A stretch of DNA of 10,637 bases from Candidatus Vampirococcus lugosii. GTDB lineage: Bacteria > Patescibacteriota > Gracilibacteria > Absconditabacterales > Absconditicoccaceae. This document shows, piece after piece, positions 7,891 to 10,637 of this stretch. How positions within the stretch are numbered: position 1 is the first letter of the stretch; each line of letters starts with the position of its first letter. The notes beneath the pieces were generated by a model that made no database searches, was not told the origin of the DNA, and worked only from the letters and a program-made list of their open reading frames with translations. The DNA lies in NCBI RefSeq assembly GCF_018420025.1, contig NZ_JAEDAM010000071.1, positions 1 to 10,637 on the forward strand. The letters are read 5' to 3'. The position numbers and the translations under genes were made by a program.

Positions 7891-9195
7891 TTAGTATATT
7901 TTAACTTTTTTGTATTCATCATATAAATATCAATACAATATTCAATAAGTTATGAAAAAAATATAATTTATAATACTATCTTCAAATACATGCAAAAATA
8001 GTCATTCTATCAATAATCAATAAAATCATATAGACAATAATAATAAATATTTTTGTAATTTTTTAGTTTCTTTATTTTTTGAAAATATTCATATTTTTCT
8101 AATTCATAAAAATATAAAAAATATTATTCATATCCAAATAATAAATCATATTGCTCATGAATCAATAAATACTTGCAAATACATATTTTCAGGTAATATT
8201 TCTCATCTGTGATGAATTGCAGGTCATGAAGATCCAAATCAAAGTCCCATACTATTGTTTATTGCAAAAATAATTGCATTTAGTGTCTCAGATATATGTA
8301 ATTTTGTAGATTCAAATTTAACAAAACTTAAAATAGATATTAAAAATAATAAGAGAAATATTCAAATTCATATTATTTTTTTATTTTTCTTTAATTTATA
8401 AGGCAAGAAATACCAAAATTGTATTATTCAAGCAAGTATAAAACCTCTTGAAAATGTAGCAAGTCATCATAATATATATAAACTAGAATATGCAATTGAT
8501 TTTATTGAATTTTTAGTTTTATTTTGTTTTTGTTTCATAAATTCAAAACTTTTACTTACAAAAAAAGATAAAAATAAAACAAGTAAAAATCAATAATTAT
8601 TTGGTCAAGCAAATATTCAATTAAATCTTGCTAGTCAATCAGGTCAAGTACGATAATAAATAGGTGGTTTTTCTCAAAATTTCCAGTCTCAAACAGGTCC
8701 GTATCATAAATATTTTATAAATTCTTCTTTGAATCAAAATTTCATTAACTGCCAAAATATTCAAATAATTAAACTTATAATCAATGAATAAAATATAAAA
8801 TTAATAAATTTTATTATATCTTTTTTATTAACTTTATCTATAAGCACTGTTCATACAAATGTAGAACTTAAAAATATTATCACAAAAAATATATTATATT
8901 TTATTCAAATAAATATATCATATAATCATTTTTGATTAATAAGTGATATTAATATTCACCAAAAAATATAAAACAATAGAAGTATTATAAAATATTTGTA
9001 ATCTATTAAATATTTTTTGAATTTATCAAAGTTAAATATTATTAATAATAATACAAAAAAGAACCAAATAATTTCTTTTAATAAAGAAAAAATTAATTGA
9101 AATTGTCAATCAAAAATTCAATATACAAAAAAAGTATTTAATATATAATAAGAAAAAATAAATATGACAAATAATTTAACAAAATTTATAATCAT
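7891..9195 (-). CDS. O-antigen ligase / O-antigen polymerase family (Wzy_C-like) polytopic membrane protein, 434 aa.
   Basis: ATG is the reverse complement of 9193-9195 and the stop TAA is the reverse complement of 7891-7893. The frame was verified with no TAA or TAG. The protein is highly hydrophobic with many predicted TM segments. Family-typical motifs: LARFNGIFAGPNNYGF, ATFSRGFILAGII, and GLGFGSSGPAIHHRGEILPENMYLQVFIDSGAIGFIIW (compare GxGxG...aHNxyLqxlxexGixG). Confidence 0.75.
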
Positions 9196-9345
9196 TTTTT
9201 AAAATTCATTATAGATTTATACTATTGATATGATAGTTTAAAATCATTACAAAATAAAAATTAATTTCTTAATTAATTAATAGTTTAAAATACTGTTTAT
9301 TTATGATTTTTCAAGAGAATTTAGTTTATTTATAAATAATTAAAT

Positions 9346-9379
9346 AAAAAAACACCAACTATTTTAATAATAGCTGATG
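9346..9379 (-). terminator. Rho-independent terminator downstream of the DsbA-like gene.
   Basis: The minus-strand RNA CAUCAGCUAUU-AUUAA-AAUAGUUGGUG forms an 11-bp stem (9 Watson-Crick pairs plus 2 G-U pairs, from 9353-9363 and 9369-9379). It is followed by U7 (the A-run 9346-9352 on the + strand) and starts 20 nt after the stop at 9399. On the + strand the same stem has two mismatches but is also followed by T6. Confidence 0.6.
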
Positions 9380-9398
9380 ATTTTTTATAAATTAAATT

Positions 9399-10358
9399 TT
9401 AATTCAACATACCTTCCAAAAGACTAACAAACTGACTTGATGGATAAGCTCAAGGAACTAAAACCCAATCTCAAGTAGTTGTATCTAGAAGAACATTTCA
9501 TGGAGTTCAAGAAACTCAAAATATTCTTCATTCTGATAAATTATCTTCTATAACTCAAGATACTTCAGCATTATCTATACAAGAATTAAATGCATCAACA
9601 TCAACACCATAAGAAGATACTAAATCATCCCAAGCATCTCTATCATTTTTATTTGATAAAGCAAAAAAGTCTTTTTTGTAATTATAATAAACATCATTAT
9701 CTCATAATTCACCTGCACATTGAAATGCATATGCTCATGGCATAGATTGTTCTCAAAATATAGGAAATGGTCTAAATTTGTAAGACACTTCATTATCTTC
9801 AAACTGAGAAATACTATTTATTACAGTTCAATCATTTGTATGTCTAGCACAATAAACACAATTAGGATCAGTATATTCTAGCCAAACAATTTTTGCATTT
9901 TCATCTCAATATGTAAATCATCTTGAAAGTATATTATCAATTTGATCTTTTGATATAGTTCATCTATCAAATCAATCATCACCAGTAGTAGATTCTGACA
10001 CTTCAGTATCATTATTATCAGTAGTATCAGCAGTATCAGTATTACCTGCAGAACCTCAAAATTGACTTACAAATTGTTCCAATTGTTCTTTTTGTTGTTT
10101 AGCAAATTCTTCAGATGTAAAAGCTTGTTTAGCTATTTCATAATTTTCCATTCAACCAAACTCCAATGCAGCTATTTCTTGCATTTCTTTCTTTATCTCT
10201 TCAGTATTTACAGAACCACTTATATTTTCCAATTTTGTATCTAAAATATAATAATTAGCAGTAACAGTCAAAACTCAAACTATAAATATAGTAACAATAA
10301 TATTCATTACATTAGATAAATTATTTTCGGGTGTATTATTTCCAGATTTGTTAGACAT
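9399..10358 (-). CDS. DsbA-family thiol:disulfide oxidoreductase (thioredoxin fold) with an N-terminal membrane anchor, 319 aa.
   Basis: ATG is the reverse complement of 10356-10358 and the stop TAA is the reverse complement of 9399-9401. The frame was verified. Order of elements:
- N-terminal TM segment VMNIIVTIFIVGVLTVTANYYIL.
- Acidic Thr/Asp-rich linker.
- VWLEYTDPNCVYCARH (CxxC active site).
- IFGVSGTPGNVLLD (cis-Pro loop region typical of DsbA / Thioredoxin_4 proteins). Confidence 0.8.
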
Positions 10359-10464
10359 GTATATTCATATTATATAATAAAATATAAAAAACACTTATAT
10401 TAATTTTTTTAAATTAATCAATATATTTTATCATTTTTAAATTGACAAAATAAAAAAAATACAT

Positions 10465-10637
10465 TTATACAATTTTTCAATTTTCAAGTTTAATAACATT
10501 ATCAGCAAATTTCAAAAGATTTTTATCATGTTCTATCATAAAAACACTATCACCATTATCCAAGAATTTTTTCAAAACATTTAATAATTTTTCAATATCT
10601 TGTGGATGTAATCCTACAGTTGGTTCATCAAGAAAAT
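10465..10637 (-). CDS. ABC-type ATPase, UvrA-like. C-terminal 57 codons only; the 5' end lies beyond the window.
   Basis: The minus strand reads FLDEPTVGLHPQDIEKLLNVLKKFLDNGDSVFMIEHDKNLLKFADNVIKLENGKIV, then TAA (reverse complement of 10465-10467). It has Walker B (LDEP), a D-loop and an H-loop (IEHD). The 'GLH' after Walker B is characteristic of UvrA-type modules, but the tail is shorter than in canonical UvrA. Confidence 0.75.
10516..10570. repeat. Right arm of the inverted repeat, inside the ABC-ATPase coding sequence.
   Basis: Reverse complement of 1-55. The 67 nt to its right (10571-10637) would correspond to sequence left of the window start, so the true repeat length is unknown. Confidence 0.9.

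Noticed and set aside
9990-10060. Short tandem repeat (AGTATCAGC/AGTATCAGT) and repetitive GAT/ACT codons in the DsbA-like gene.
   Set aside because: It encodes the low-complexity acidic Thr/Asp linker (GNTDTADTTDNNDTE) between the membrane anchor and the thioredoxin domain. This is ordinary linker composition, not a structured repeat or CRISPR-like array.
9620-10244. ORF-track entries 9620..9802(-) and 10062..10244(+).
   Set aside because: The first is out of frame with the DsbA-like CDS and the second is antisense to it. The DsbA-like CDS has the CxxC and GTP motifs and a clean start, stop and terminator.
1-10637. UGA=Trp (table 4, Mycoplasma/Spiroplasma-like) as the explanation for the in-frame TGA codons.
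   Set aside because: TGA coincides with invariant Gly positions (PHYGH, HxHxDHxG, RHG, ESTYG, GTPG). Conserved Trp positions are encoded by TGG.
1-10637. The terminal inverted repeats as the ends of a transposon or composite mobile element.
   Set aside because: The repeat is part of a protein-coding ABC-ATPase sequence, not a non-coding terminal inverted repeat. The interior contains no transposase, integrase or recombinase, only housekeeping and envelope genes. I cannot assess target-site duplication because the repeat runs off the window.

Overview
This is a very AT-rich window. It only makes sense when TGA is read as glycine (translation table 25, used by Candidatus Gracilibacteria and Absconditabacteria/SR1). 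Under the standard code every gene is broken into fragments. With TGA as a sense codon the window resolves into long, position-verified reading frames:
- (-) 1..549: N-terminal part of a PF09820-type 'AAA-ATPase-like' protein, apparently truncated at the left edge.
- (-) 665..4384: a type-2 isoleucyl-tRNA synthetase of 1239 aa.
- (+) 4818..6527: a beta-CASP metallo-beta-lactamase nuclease.
- (+) about 6529..7866: an unrecognisable protein one base downstream, with a frame-disrupted 5' end.
- (-) 7891..9195: an O-antigen-ligase (Wzy_C)-like membrane protein.
- (-) 9399..10358: a membrane-anchored DsbA-like CxxC thioredoxin-fold protein, followed by a hairpin terminator.
- (-) 10465..10637: the 3' end of an ABC-type (UvrA-like) ATPase.

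Most notable observations:
1. The IleRS carries a complete histidine-phosphatase (PGAM-like, RHG...H) domain of about 188 aa nested in its catalytic core. It sits where other IleRS have a short zinc-knuckle linker.
2. The first 55 nt of the window are the exact reverse complement of 10516..10570. Inverted copies of the ABC-ATPase 3' end therefore bracket the whole segment, and the left copy truncates the PF09820 gene. This is either a rearrangement or inversion, or an assembly join.
3. The beta-CASP nuclease has a ~95-aa insert predicted to be coiled-coil and is tightly coupled to an unknown protein whose 5' end needs two 1-nt frame corrections.

I found no CRISPR array, tRNA, rRNA, transposase or integrase.
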